From: Tubulanus polymorphus
Lineage: Eukaryota; Animalia; Nemertea
Assembly (NCBI RefSeq): GCF_964204645.1
Contig: NC_134034.1
Span: 7,414,914 to 7,478,913, forward strand
Length of the DNA: 64,000 nt
Direction: 5' to 3'
Each line of letters opens with the position of its first letter. Position 1 is the first letter of the stretch. Shown piece after piece: positions 36,750 to 49,334 of this stretch. The notes beneath the pieces are model-generated. The model worked only from the letters and a program-made list of their open reading frames with translations. It ran no database searches and had not been told where the DNA came from. The position numbers and the translations under genes were made by a program.

Positions 36750-38392
36750 ATGGATGTAGAAGGTGGAGATGATTTTCCATTGGGTCCTTTAGATGAACCT
36801 GGTATAAGAGATGAACAACAACCTGATTTTGATGAAGCAAGTTTTAATGATGATAATGAGCCAGAATATAATACTAATTTAGGTGAAGATGATGATTATG
36901 ATTATGAAACGCGTAAAGAATTTAAAGAATATATGACAGCTACCGAAAGGTTAGTTATTAGAACCGCAACATCTAGAAAGGATTTAATGGAAAGATTAGT
37001 AAATACAACTGATCCTCTTATGAAATATCAATTAAAATCAATGAAAAATAGAGTAATATATACAATTGTTAACGAATTATTACCAAAAGATGAAATGGAT
37101 GAAATTGGTGCCGATGGTGTTGTAGAACAAATTTTAAAAGATGACCCATTTTTCATGAATAATTTAGAATTTAAAAATGATGCATGGTATTATAATGTTG
37201 AATTAAATAACAAAAATGTATCAATTCAATTATCTAGAATTGGTCAAGAAAATATTTTTGAACCTAAAATGTTAGCAAGATCTACAATTGAACTTTCAAA
37301 AGGTGGCACAGAATTTCTAAGAATTATATGGAATGCACTCGATAGAATAAATAAAGAAAAACCAATTCCTAAAATTGATATTAACAGATATTTACCATTT
37401 GAAAATCCAAATTTAAATCCTAATGATGTTGATCCAGAAATGGAAGATCATAGAGATCGATTAGATAAATTAAGATCTTCGACACCCGAAACATCGAGAA
37501 GAGACACTCAACCAATTGATAATGATTCAAGTCAATTACAATTAGTATTAGAAAAACAAATTGATAGATGAGGAGATTCAGAAGAAGAGATGAAAAGTAC
37601 TAGAATAAATCGAATACAACCTTTACTAGAAAAAGGATTACTTGATTTAACTGATAATGAATTAGAAGCATATCCTGAAAAAGCACGTAGAGAATATTAA
37701 AGGTGTACAAATATCAGCTGGTGAAATTGCTAATATTAAGATGAGATTTTCTAAAATAACCATGTTAGAAAAAGAATTAGCTAATGCAAATGAAGAATTA
37801 AAACAATTAGAATTAAATAAAAATCTTCAAGTAATAGAGGAAGCTGATTATGAAAGCAGAAAGTTAGCTTTAGAAAAAGAAATAGATGATTTAAAATATA
37901 ACAAAGAATTACAGGAAAAAGAAAGAGATACATTATTAAAATCATAAATTAAAAGTTATTTTTAAAGATTTGTTGATAAAACTAGATTCTGAAATATCAT
38001 TGAAAGATAGAATAAAATTATTATTTAAATTAGAAGGAATAACAATTCTTTCAATTCTAACAGCTGTAACTATGTTATTTACAACAATAGGTTTAGCTAT
38101 ATCAAATTCACTGAAATCTACTCCTACTCCCAATAAACCGGATAAACCCCCGAATGATAATAATTCTATACAAGATAAAGTTAAAGATGGTTTAAAGAAA
38201 TTAGCAAAATATTTATGGGAACTATCTAAAAAATCTGCTGCAGCATTACCAGGAATTATTGCATCAATTGTTGGTTTTATATTGAAATCTGCAGGAAACA
38301 TTATTAACTTTGCTGCTGAACATATTATTTTATTTTTAATTACAGTTGTAAGTGCTATTATTTTTGGTTTAGTAAACATGATTAAAAATTAA
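36750..38392 (+). pseudogene. Homolog of 6896-8352 with divergent middle
   Basis: Same MDVEGG start and TM C-terminus; unrelated centre. Confidence 0.7.
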
Positions 38393-38415
38393 TTATTTAT
38401 TTTTTTGTTGAATAA

Positions 38416-39663
38416 ATGAGTGGGAGTTATATCAATCCTTCTAAGAATCATAGAATATCTAATGCTATTAAAGCAGAAAGATCACATCATATAATTACTC
38501 ATAACCCTTCTAATATTAATGCTGATGAAACATTATATGTTAGTATTCCGAGATTAACACAAAATACTTTTTATGTTCCAAATAGTATTTATTTATCAGC
38601 CGATATAGAAGTAACCGGTAATAATAATAATTATGTTGTTGATAATGTTGGGAGATATTTGAATAAAAAATTATCAATAAAGATTGGACCAGAAACAGTT
38701 TTCTCATTAGATGATTATAATTTATTTATGCATTATAAAGATTTATGGTTAACTAAAGAAAATAGAAATAATATGATATTTCAAGGAATCCAATCAGAAA
38801 ACCAAAATAAATTAAGATCAGGAGCTAATGACGCAATAGTAACTCGCACCGCAGATAATTTGATAAAAAAGATTTATGGAAGCAAATTTAAAATTCCATT
38901 AGACTTTGAATTGTTAAATAATAATGCACCTTTGTATACATACGCAATTCAAGAAGATGTTATATTTGAGATAACATTTGCTCCTGTTAATGAAATTGTA
39001 TTATCGAGTGTAGTTAAAGATATGGATTATAAATTATCGAATATATGTTTGGAATATGATACAGTAACTGATGAAAATATTTCAAGTATAATTCAAACTA
39101 AATACAATCAAGGATTTTCATTATTATATGATTATATTGATAAATTTAAAACTGTAACTATTAATGCAAATGATGAAATAATTAATGAGAATATTAACTT
39201 CCCAAGAAGATCTATTAAAGGTATATTAATATTTTTTACCATTGCAACATATACTAATGGTGCAATAAATGTTGATAATTATTATAATCCTGAAATAACA
39301 AAAGTAGAAATAACTATCGAAGGAATAGCAAATAAAATATTTTGTCAAGGAATGAGAATGATTGTTCAATGGCCAGAAATTAGAAAACATTTTATGAATG
39401 AAAAAGTAAAATCATCAGAAAATTGTAACATTAATCAAATTGATTATTATACCGGTAATAAATATGCATTATGGTTAGATTTTAGAACAACAGAGGATAA
39501 TTCATTACATGGTTCTGGGAAAAAATTACAGAACACTAAAGATGGAATACAATTATTCATGACAAAGAATAAAAGAATCAAAAATTTTAAAATGCACATT
39601 TATATTATATCTGACGCGCAATTAAATATTGTAAATTCTCAATTAGATAGTGTTATGTATTAA
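38416..39663 (+). CDS. Major capsid protein (double jelly roll), intact
   Basis: 415-aa beta-rich ORF conserved in four copies, at the canonical Polinton position. Confidence 0.78.
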   Translation: MSGSYINPSKNHRISNAIKAERSHHIITHNPSNINADETLYVSIPRLTQNTFYVPNSIYLSADIEVTGNNNNYVVDNVGRYLNKKLSIKIGPETVFSLDDYNLFMHYKDLWLTKENRNNMIFQGIQSENQNKLRSGANDAIVTRTADNLIKKIYGSKFKIPLDFELLNNNAPLYTYAIQEDVIFEITFAPVNEIVLSSVVKDMDYKLSNICLEYDTVTDENISSIIQTKYNQGFSLLYDYIDKFKTVTINANDEIINENINFPRRSIKGILIFFTIATYTNGAINVDNYYNPEITKVEITIEGIANKIFCQGMRMIVQWPEIRKHFMNEKVKSSENCNINQIDYYTGNKYALWLDFRTTEDNSLHGSGKKLQNTKDGIQLFMTKNKRIKNFKMHIYIISDAQLNIVNSQLDSVMY

Positions 39664-39695
39664 AATTTTAACTTTAATAAAAATTTATATAATAA

Positions 39696-40622
39696 ATGGA
39701 AGGAGGTAAAGTATATAAACATATTCCATAAATCGATACACATGAAAATAATGATGGTTTATATTATGTAATACCTTGTAATATAGCTTTGATATTTGAT
39801 CCTATTTTCAAAAATTATAAAACTAAACTAATAGAAATCGATAATAATAAAAGTGAAGTTGTTGATAATTTAAGTAATGTAATTGATAATAATGCAATAC
39901 CTTCTACATCTAATAATGTAATACCTACTACATCTAATAATGTAATACCTACTACATCTAATAATGTAATACCTTCTACATCTAATAATGTAATACCTTC
40001 TACATTTAATAATGTAATACCTTCTACATCAAATAATGAAATAATATTAAATGTTAGTGAAAATAGAAAATATTGTGATTATTGTAAAGGCGAATTTTCA
40101 AACGCTCCATCAAATTGGAATAAACAAATGAATACAAAGGTACATATAAATAATGTTATAGAACGTGTTGGTAAAAGAGAATTTTTAGAACACCCATTTA
40201 GATATGTTACAAAGTTTGTTTCAAATAAAAAAGTAAATGGTAAAGAATTATATGAAGATTTATTATTAGCAACACCTAATAAAGATGAATTAGATTTAAC
40301 CGGTGCTATTAAATTAGAATCAAACATTGTAAATGAAATATTAGCAGCAAACACTAATAAAGATAATAATGAAAATGGTGCCATATGGCACCCACATGGT
40401 GATATAGTTACAGATAAGCATATTGATATTAAAGATTCTATGAAACATAAAGTAGAAAATAATAATAAATTTGATTGGATGAATAAGCATAACAATGAAA
40501 CAACTATTGATGATGCGGTAAAAAGGGTGAAGAATAAGTATAAAAATAATAAAGAATTTGAAGAAGAAAATTCGTTAGAGAATTTGAATAAATTGTTTGG
40601 GTCTGATAGTGAAAGTGATTAA
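39696..40622 (+). pseudogene. Variable protein with 8-aa repeats and a zinc finger
   Basis: TAAATG start at 39696, early stop; six 24-bp repeats (NNVIPSTS) at ~39890-40037; YCDYC finger. Confidence 0.6.
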
Positions 40623-41163
40623 AATATTAATTATATTTAACTCAAATAATAATAAAGGTTGAAAATTGTAAAAATAATAGTAAATAAAAGGGGGTTTTAA
40701 GTATTTAAGGTATTTAGGGTATCTAATACATATCTAATACAATCTAATACAATCTAATACATAAAATATCTTATTTTATAAACTTATATTCATATGGAAA
40801 TTGAAACCTCAGTAATAATAAATAAGCTTTATTATTTTCAAACGTATTCATATATTAGTTGAAAAAATAAAAATAAATTGGTTGAAAATTGTATAAATAA
40901 TATTTATTTTTAAAAAGGGGGTTTTAAGGAATTAAGGTATCTAATAGGGTATCAGTTATTAGGGTATCTAATATGGTATCTAATAGGGTATCTAATACAT
41001 AGGTATATTTTAAACATATTTCAATATTTATATTTGTATGAGTTAGATTTTTAAACATTAAAAGTGTTAGTAAAGTTTTATTGAAATAATTCATATATAT
41101 TCATGAATAACATATAAATGAATAACTTCTAAAATCAATTTAGTAAAAAAATATGTATAATAA

Positions 41164-41817
41164 ATGGAACCAGAACAACCACAAATTATCAATATTACAA
41201 ATAACACTGGTGTTATAAATATATATTACAAGAAGTGTTCTAAATGTGAATTAGATAAATTAGCTTTAACAGAATTTAGTAAGCGTAAGATTAGCAAAGA
41301 TGGTTTTCAATATTGCTGTAAAACTTGTTTTAAACTATATACCAAACGATATCGAGAAGATAATAGAGAAGCTTATAATGATTATATGACAGAATATATG
41401 AGAGAAAGATATCAAACAGATCTTAATTTTAGATTGAAACAATGCTTAAGATCTAGATTAACACAATTATTCAACAAAGAAACGCATTCAGAAACACTAT
41501 CTAATTTATTGGGTTGTTCAGATGAATTTTTCATATCATGGATAATATATCAATTCGATGATAAAGTGAATATAGATAATTATGGTGAATACTTTCATAT
41601 TGATCACGTGTTTCCAATATCTAAATTTATCATGAATGATGAATACAATAAAAAACTTATTTGGAGTTGGAAAAATTTAAGGCCTTTAGAAAAGAAGGAA
41701 AACATAATTAAATCTAATAAACTAGATTTACAGTTATATTTAGATCAACTGGATAAAGTAAAGACTTTTGTTGAATTATGGAATTCAACACATAATGAAA
41801 AATACGTTGAAGCTTAA
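41164..41817 (+). CDS. HNH endonuclease of the type common in large dsDNA viruses
   Basis: CSKC...CKTC, NYGEYFHIDHVFP, NLRPL..KEN..KSNK. The last codons are cut off by an ~830-bp insertion. Confidence 0.8.
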   Translation: MEPEQPQIINITNNTGVINIYYKKCSKCELDKLALTEFSKRKISKDGFQYCCKTCFKLYTKRYREDNREAYNDYMTEYMRERYQTDLNFRLKQCLRSRLTQLFNKETHSETLSNLLGCSDEFFISWIIYQFDDKVNIDNYGEYFHIDHVFPISKFIMNDEYNKKLIWSWKNLRPLEKKENIIKSNKLDLQLYLDQLDKVKTFVELWNSTHNEKYVEA

Positions 41818-42639
41818 GCGCTTAGAAAACCGGTTACTCTCGATCTATGTCAAACTGCCTATATGCAATTGTATTAGGTTGTTTACAAAAGCATCTGTCG
41901 CACGTTATATTCAGTTGAATAGGGTGTACGTCATTTGAATATTGATCGAATGTTCTATTTCAGTTGAAAAGGATTAATCAATAACATTACAAAGGAACAT
42001 CTGTTGCACAGACAGTGTTTAGCTAGTGAATAACTGGCAGTTATTAACGCGCAGCACATAAGCATAGGAACGCATAGGATATTCTCACTATAAACACAAT
42101 TTTAGGAGTTTACAGTTATAAATGTAAGTACTGTTTTTGTTGTTATTAAGCGCCGGGAAACGTTAAACATGTAAAACTTATCCTGGTAAGATGCGCCACG
42201 AATGGCTATGTTTAAGTGTTGTAATTAATATTTTACAACTACAACTTCAAGTTAGTTTTATTCTACGTTAGATATTTATCTTTTAGATAACAAAATGAAG
42301 GCCATTGAATCAAGAAAGTGAAGATAGGAGGACGTGGAATCAGAAATAATGGATATTTCAACTCATGAGACTGTAGCAGTTTAGCCATACTGTAAAGGCT
42401 TTCAATGCATTACGTTTGTCGGAATTTCAATTGCGTCATTAAGCTGTTGTTAATGACACACAGTGACAGATGTTGTATTATACTTTATTGATTCCTGCAT
42501 TCCACGCATAACTTACCGGGCCTGAGTGGAGCGGCTTGGAATGTGGAAATCGATAATGATTGTAGAATAAAATATATGTGTTTATGAAATAGTATTTCCA
42601 CCAGTCGTTTCTTTGAATTTATTTTCAGTTTTAGGATTT

Positions 42640-44100
42640 ATTATCAAGAATCCGAAATGACTTATCTGGACAGTTATAATTACTGCTCCTAATAGATAAA
42701 CAATAGTAGTGAGATAATCTAAATCCTAATTTAAATAAAAAGTATTTAAAAAACAATATATAACTTCAACTAGCTAGTGAATTCTATTATATTTTTAATA
42801 TTTTGTTTTCAAAAAGAGAATACTTTATATTTTGAATAGATTCAAATAGAAATTCTTTAGCTTTAACTAGCTAGTATCATTTGAAGAATACTTATAATAT
42901 TTTTCTTGCTTTTTTCTCTAATATAAATGTCAAAGAAATCTAATTAGAATAATACCAACATTAAAAAAACATTAGATGATTTAGGCATTAGTGATCATTA
43001 GTGATAATAAGGATATTCCAATCAAAATTGAAAATAATATTAATTGTAATATTGATTATGAATACTATTTATATTGTAAGCACCATCTAGAATTATTAAT
43101 TGCTAGTGGTAAATGTAATCAGTTTATCGGGAAAATAATAACTTTTCAAGAATTAGATGCTATGAAACCCGATAAAGTAATAAAATATTTTAAGATTTAT
43201 GAAGAGGCAAGATTGGCCCGAATAAATGATTCTATTTCAGATGGTATTGTCAAATGTTATTCTAAGTTATGTAACCAGTTAATACCAATTGATGATGAAA
43301 ATAAATTATATAGTGATTTGAAAATGATTATTTTAGTTATGACTAAATTACAAAAATGGGTTGGTTATGCTTCATTTCAATTAGGATCGGTTATGACATT
43401 AATTTCTACCGGCGTCATTACATTTTCGAACATCAAACCTATGGAATATAAATCAGGTAAGAACGAAACAGATACAGATGTACTACAACCAAACGGCGAA
43501 ACAGAAAATGAATAAGAACAAAAATTAACTAAAATAAATGAGTGATGGAGTTAAGAAAAAGGCTAGATCCGAGAAAACAATTAAATGGGCAAGAGAATTA
43601 GGTAAAAGATCTGCAGAATTAAAAAAAGCTAAAGAAAAGAAATTAACTGATATAAATGAATCACAGACTTTATCTGATATTGATTCAAATAATAATCCAA
43701 CTGATTCTTCTAATGCTGGAAGTAATTATAAATTATATATTACAATTGGATTAGTAACAGTTATTATATTATCCGGTGTAATATATAAATCAAAATTCAA
43801 ATCTGATGATAAAGATGATTCCAATGACAATAAACCTATTATACCAGAAAATAAATCAAATCATAAAGCTATTGAAACTAAATCTAAATTATTATTAATG
43901 GATTAAAATAAGATGAAAAAAGAACAATATTTAAGAGAGTTATATTATAACCCAGAAAGTGAAGTATCATATTCTAACGTTTCAGAATTATGGGATAAAA
44001 TTAAATCTGATAAAGAAAATGGTGATGGTGCCGTATGGCACCCACATGGTGATATGAAATATAGTGAATTGAAATCATGGTTACAAAATCAACCAACATA
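42640..44100 (+). mobile_element. Family A segment (probable continuation of copy 2): two diverged small ORFs and the start of a second integrase
   Basis: 42927-43515 and 43538-43906 are homologous to 44835-45440 and 44546-44902; 43913 KEQYLRELYYNPES matches the integrase N-terminus. Confidence 0.8.
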
Positions 44101-44545
44101 GCTAAAACACCTAAGTAAATGTTGTTGGTGTTTACTAAAGAAATATGTGAAATTTGAAATTATAAATTATTCTGAATGAAAAGAATATAGGAATGAAAAC
44201 TGATAAATGAATTATGGATTTTTAACTTAATTATGATATAATTTTTAATCAAATTAGTAATCAATTACCATGTTAATTGATTAACAAATTCAAATTCAAA
44301 TATTCATTTTAGCATCACACCCCACCCAGTGCTGCCATCTTTCAATTTAAGAAAAAACTAATAATAAGAAACGACTGTAATACAATATTCAAGTAAAAAC
44401 TTCAAATTAAAAAAAACAAAATAAATTTAAAAAAATAATGAATATCTACATCCGAAATGACTTATCTGGACAATTTAATTGCTCCGCATAGATAGACAAA
44501 AGTAGTGAGATATTCAATTATTTTTTTTGCTTTTTTTCCAAAATA

Positions 44546-44902
44546 TTAATCACTTTTTTTTATTATCAATTTTGGAATTTCAGAAGTATTTTCATTTTTG
44601 ATAGCAGTTGTTTCAGAATTATAAATATCATGAATTTTATTCGATTTCTTATACCAATTACACCCAATCAAAATGAATACAATTACAAATCCAACTGTAA
44701 AATATAGACATTTATCAAATATTCTATTATTAGAAGGAGTAGAAATAACAATATTTTCACCATCTTTATTACTTATTTTTTCTTTTACAGCTTTTTTATA
44801 TTCTTGTGATTTAATTCCTAATTGCCGAGACCATTCAATTTGTTTCTGAGTTCTCAGTTTTTTCTTCACAGTTAATTCCTTCACTTCTTCCACCTCGCTC
44901 AT
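44546..44902 (-). CDS. Small basic protein with one TM helix
   Basis: Intact 118 aa, TAAATG start; homologs at 12490 and 43538. Confidence 0.7.
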   Translation of the reverse strand: MSEVEEVKELTVKKKLRTQKQIEWSRQLGIKSQEYKKAVKEKISNKDGENIVISTPSNNRIFDKCLYFTVGFVIVFILIGCNWYKKSNKIHDIYNSETTAIKNENTSEIPKLIIKKSD

Positions 44903-45756
44903 TTATTATAGAAATATTTTTACTTTCAATATTTGAAAATGTTATAACCCCAGTTGATAATAATGTCATAAATCCGCCAAATTGAAATGATAAATATCCA
45001 ATCCATTTATTTAATTCAGTCATAACTAAATAATGATTTTTTAAATCGGAATATAATCTATTTTCATCTTCAATTGGTAGTATATAATTACATAATTTAC
45101 TATAACCTTTTACTACATTTTCTGATATCGCGTCATTAATTCTAGCTGTTCTCGCGGCTTCATAAATCTTAAATAATCTAATTATTTCATCTGATTTCAT
45201 TGTATCTAATTCATTATAAGTTAAAGTTTTACCGATAAAATTTTTACATTTACCAGATGCTATTAATATTTCTAATTGATGTTAACAATAAAGATAATAT
45301 TCATAATTATTATTTGTTGTAACATTATCTAAAGCACCATCATCTGGAATTAATTTGTTTTCTGTTATTCCTAAATCATCTAAAGTTTTTTCAATTGGAA
45401 CATCACCATTTTTAGATTTTATTTTCTTTTCACCTCCCATTTATATAACAAAAAAATTAGTTGTGTTGTTGCAACTAGAATGTAACTAGAATTCAACTAG
45501 AATGTAACTAGAATTCAACTAGATTAACAAGTTAGTTGAAATATTGTTGTTTTTATTTATTTCTTGTTAAACCTAGTTGATTTTTGTTCCAACTACCAAT
45601 AACTAGAATTCAACTAGAATGTAACTGAAAATATACTAGATTAACAAGCTAGTTAAAATATTGTTGAATTTTATTTGATTTTTGTTTCAAATACCAATAA
45701 CTAGAATTCAACTAGAATGTAACTAAATATGTAATAGATTAACAAGCTAGTTGAAT

Positions 45757-46365
45757 TTAAATAAATTCATATTTAAATGGGTGTTGTAATCTAAATAGTA
45801 ATTTTGATCTTTTAATATTTTTCAACTTATCCATATATTCATTATGTTAATCATGTGGAATAATATCATTTTCCTCAAGTGCATTTTTCATCGATTTTCT
45901 ATCTTTATTGTAGAATAAAACTAGAAATCTAATGCTTTCTCTAAAGTCTTTAACAATCGAATTATATTTTTGATTTAAAACCCATGTTGTTATCCCAAAA
46001 TGTCTCCCAGAGAAAGCCAGATAACAAAACTCACTCTCTCTAATTTTTGAATCATGTAAATTTGCGCAATCATCTATAATGAATAATGTATTTGATCCTT
46101 TATAAATATCTATTGCTATTTTAATACAATTATCTAAATTTTCTTTTACTGTTTTAGGATCTAATATAATAAATTTATTATTTCTAGTAATATTTCTATC
46201 ATAAGTTTGATTAAATTCATATGTTGGACAAAATAATACTATATTATCAAAATAGTTTTTATAAACAGTTTCTAATAAATTTAATATAAAATAAGTTTTT
46301 CCACAATTTGTTACACCAGAAATTAACATATTATGAGGCTCAAATATAAATAATTCCTTATTCAT
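45757..46365 (-). pseudogene. A32/FtsK-like packaging ATPase
   Basis: GVTNCGKT, FIIDD, SGRHFGI; premature stop at 45847. Confidence 0.9.
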
Positions 46366-47486
46366 TTATATATTTTTAATTTTACTCGATAATATCCATT
46401 CATTGAATTTATCTGGCCATCCAACCCATTTTACTAAAGAATATTTTTTTCTTTTACTAGTTTTTGTTTTGAATACTTTTTCAATTTTATATTCTTGTTC
46501 TAGATTTTCAGTAGTTAAACTTAATTCTTATTCGTAAAAGTAGCCATCAACTTCTTCACCATCTAAATCTTCTAATTTATAGACATATGGTTTTGTTGTT
46601 ATTACCTTTTTTATTTTATATATTTCCCTAGTAAAATTTCGATCGTATCCTTTGTCAAATATCTTTTTATACTTAGAAATTCTGACCAACTTTAAATTTG
46701 GGTTCACCAAAATCATCTACAAGAAATGCTCCATATAAATTATTCCAAACAATTTCAGAATTTTCAGGTTTTCTAGCATCAATAGGTTTCATTCCAATAG
46801 AAGAATGATAAGAATTATTATATCCTTCTATCAATTTTGGTAAAACATCAATCCATTTAAAAGTATTATTTGCTGTAAAATATTTCCACATTCTCGTTCT
46901 TAATGTTCTATTAAATCGTTCAACAACTGCTGCTTTTTTATCCGATTTTGTTGAAAAATATTTAATAATATGATTGTCTAAGAGTTCATGAACAAGTGAA
47001 TTATCAAACTCTTTTCCATCATCAAATTGTATTTTTTCTGGTTTTAGTTTATCATCCGAAAGAAATTTTCTTAAAACATTTGATGTTTGTACAGCATCTT
47101 TTCTATAAAGTGGGAAGCTCCATACATAACGACTAAAAATATCAATTATATTCAATATCCACCAATAATCATCATTATCTTTCTTAACATTCTTCATATC
47201 AATTAAATCTCCTTGCCACTGTTGATCTACATAACTTACCATAGTTTTACGAGTTTTATATTTTCTAACAATTTTTTTTATGTGTTGTATATGTTGGTTG
47301 TTCTAATATAAATTCATTTATATCTTTATATTTAACTAAATTTTGTGGGATTATCTTATCTAATTTATCTTGTTTTACTTGACGCCATATATTTTTGGTA
47401 GAAGAATAAGCAACCGAACTCTCAGGGTTGTAATATAAATTTCTTAAATATTGTTCTTTAGTATTAGGAGTTTTTTTACCACCCAT
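46366..47486 (-). pseudogene. rve integrase with chromodomain, frameshifted
   Basis: Near-identical to 9650-10777. Confidence 0.92.
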
Positions 47487-47638
47487 TTATATATCGTTAA
47501 TTTTAACTTTATATTTCTAATATTGAATACTATCTGATTGTGAATTTACAATATTTAATTGTGCGTCAGATATAATATAAATGTGCATTTTAAAATTTAA
47601 GCTTCCTTTTTTCTTTTTCATGAATAATTGTATTCCAT

Positions 47639-48171
47639 AACAAGAGAAATCCCACAATAAGTTCAGCCAAAACGAGAAACTTGAATAGAAGAGTTATATA
47701 TATTTGCGCAACGTTTCGGCTAAAGACTATTAGCCATCATCAGGCGTACTGAGTACAGGAGAATATTACAAGATATTTATACAGGACCAAAACAATAGAA
47801 GCAGAGTGAGTGATTAAAATATTGAAAGGGGAATAGATTAAAGTAATGACATAACAACTAGAAAACAATGCTAAAGTAAGCAAGGCAAACTAGGGGACTT
47901 TAGCATTGTTTTCTAGTTGTTATGTCATTACTTTAATCTATTCCCCTTTCAATATTTTAATCACTCACTCTGCTTCTATTGTTTTGGTCCTGTATAAATA
48001 TCTTGTAATATTCTCCTGTACTCAGTACGCCTGATGATGGCTAATAGTCTTTAGCCGAAACGTTGCGCAAATATATATAACTCTTCTATTCAAGTTTCTC
48101 GTTTTGGCTGAACTTATTGTGGGATTTCTCTTGTTATCTTCTTACACGGATATTGTGTATCTTCTCGTCTC
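47639..48171 (+). mobile_element. Penelope-like element: ~240-bp inverted pseudo-LTR pair, tail and 12-bp TSD
   Basis: Arms 47639-47877 and 47897-48135; ATTGTATTCCAT at 47627-47638 and 48172-48183. Confidence 0.85.
48027..48068 (+). ncRNA. Minimal type I hammerhead ribozyme (mirror copy at ~47706-47747, minus)
   Basis: cgc-CUGAUGA-u-ggcuaa(uagucu)uuagcc-GAAAC-GUU-gcg. Confidence 0.8.
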
Positions 48172-49334
48172 ATTGTATTCCATCTTTAGTGTTCCGTAGT
48201 TTTTTTCCAGAACCATGTAATGAATTATCCTCTGTTGTTCTAAAATCTAACCATAATGCATATTTATTGCTGGTATAATAATCAATTTGATTAATATTAC
48301 AATTTTCAGATGATTTCACTTTTTCATTCATAAAATGTTTTCTAATTTCTGGCCATTGATCAATCATTCTCATTCCTTGACAAAATATTTTATTTGCTAT
48401 TCCTTCGATAGTTATTTCTACTTTTGTTATTTCAGGATTATAATAATTATCAACATTTATTGCGCCGTTAGTATATGTTGCAATGGTAAAAAATATTAAT
48501 ATACCTTTAATAGATCTTCTTGGGAAGTTAATATTCTCATTAATTATTTCATCATTTGCATTAATAGTTACAGTTTTAATTTTATCAATATAATCATATA
48601 ATAATGAAAATCCTTGATTGTATTGAGTTTGAATTGTGCTAGCAATATTTTCATTAGTTACTGTGTCATATTCTAAACATATATTCGATAATTTATATCC
48701 CATATCTTTAACAACGCTAGATAATACAATTTCATTTACAGGAGCAAATGTTATCTCAAATATAATATCTTCTTGAATTACATATTTATATAAAGGTGCA
48801 TTATTATTTATCAATTCAAAGTCTAATGGAATTTTATATTTGCTTCCATAAATCTTTTTAATCAAATTATCTGCGGCACGAGTTACTATTGCGTCATTAG
48901 CTCCTGATCTTAATTTATAATGGTTTTCCGATTGGATGCCTTGAAATATCATATTATTTCTATTTTCTTTAGTTAACCATAAATCTTTTAATCTGCATAA
49001 ATAAATTATAATCATCTAATGAGAAAACTGTTTCCGGACCAATCTTTATTGTTAACTTTTTAATCAAATATCTTCCAACATTATCGACAACATAATTATT
49101 ATCATGACCAGTTACTTTTATATCGGCTGATAAATAAATACTATTTGGAACATAAAAAGTATTTTGTGTTAATCTAGGAATTCTAACATATAAAGTTTCA
49201 TCGGGATTAATATTTGAAGGATTATGAGTAATTATATGATGTGATCTTTCTGCTTTAATAGCAATCGATATTCTATGATTATCAGAAGGATTTATATTAC
49301 GCCCACTCATTTATTTAACAAAAAAATTAATCAT

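Larger units (their letters stand above)
32757..41817 (+). mobile_element. Family A copy 2 (internal deletions)
   Basis: pPolB N-terminal fragment, minor capsid tail, TM ORFs, intact MCP, then a variable ORF and HNH instead of integrase/ATPase. Confidence 0.88.
47517..49310 (-). pseudogene. Major capsid protein interrupted by a Penelope-like insertion
   Basis: Homolog of 38416-39663; insert at 47639-48171. Confidence 0.78.

Noticed and set aside
42651-42720. Element terminus or SECIS element
   Set aside because: It continues the HNH 3' end seen at 13097, so it is internal. It lacks SECIS AAR spacing and the 3' GA partner.
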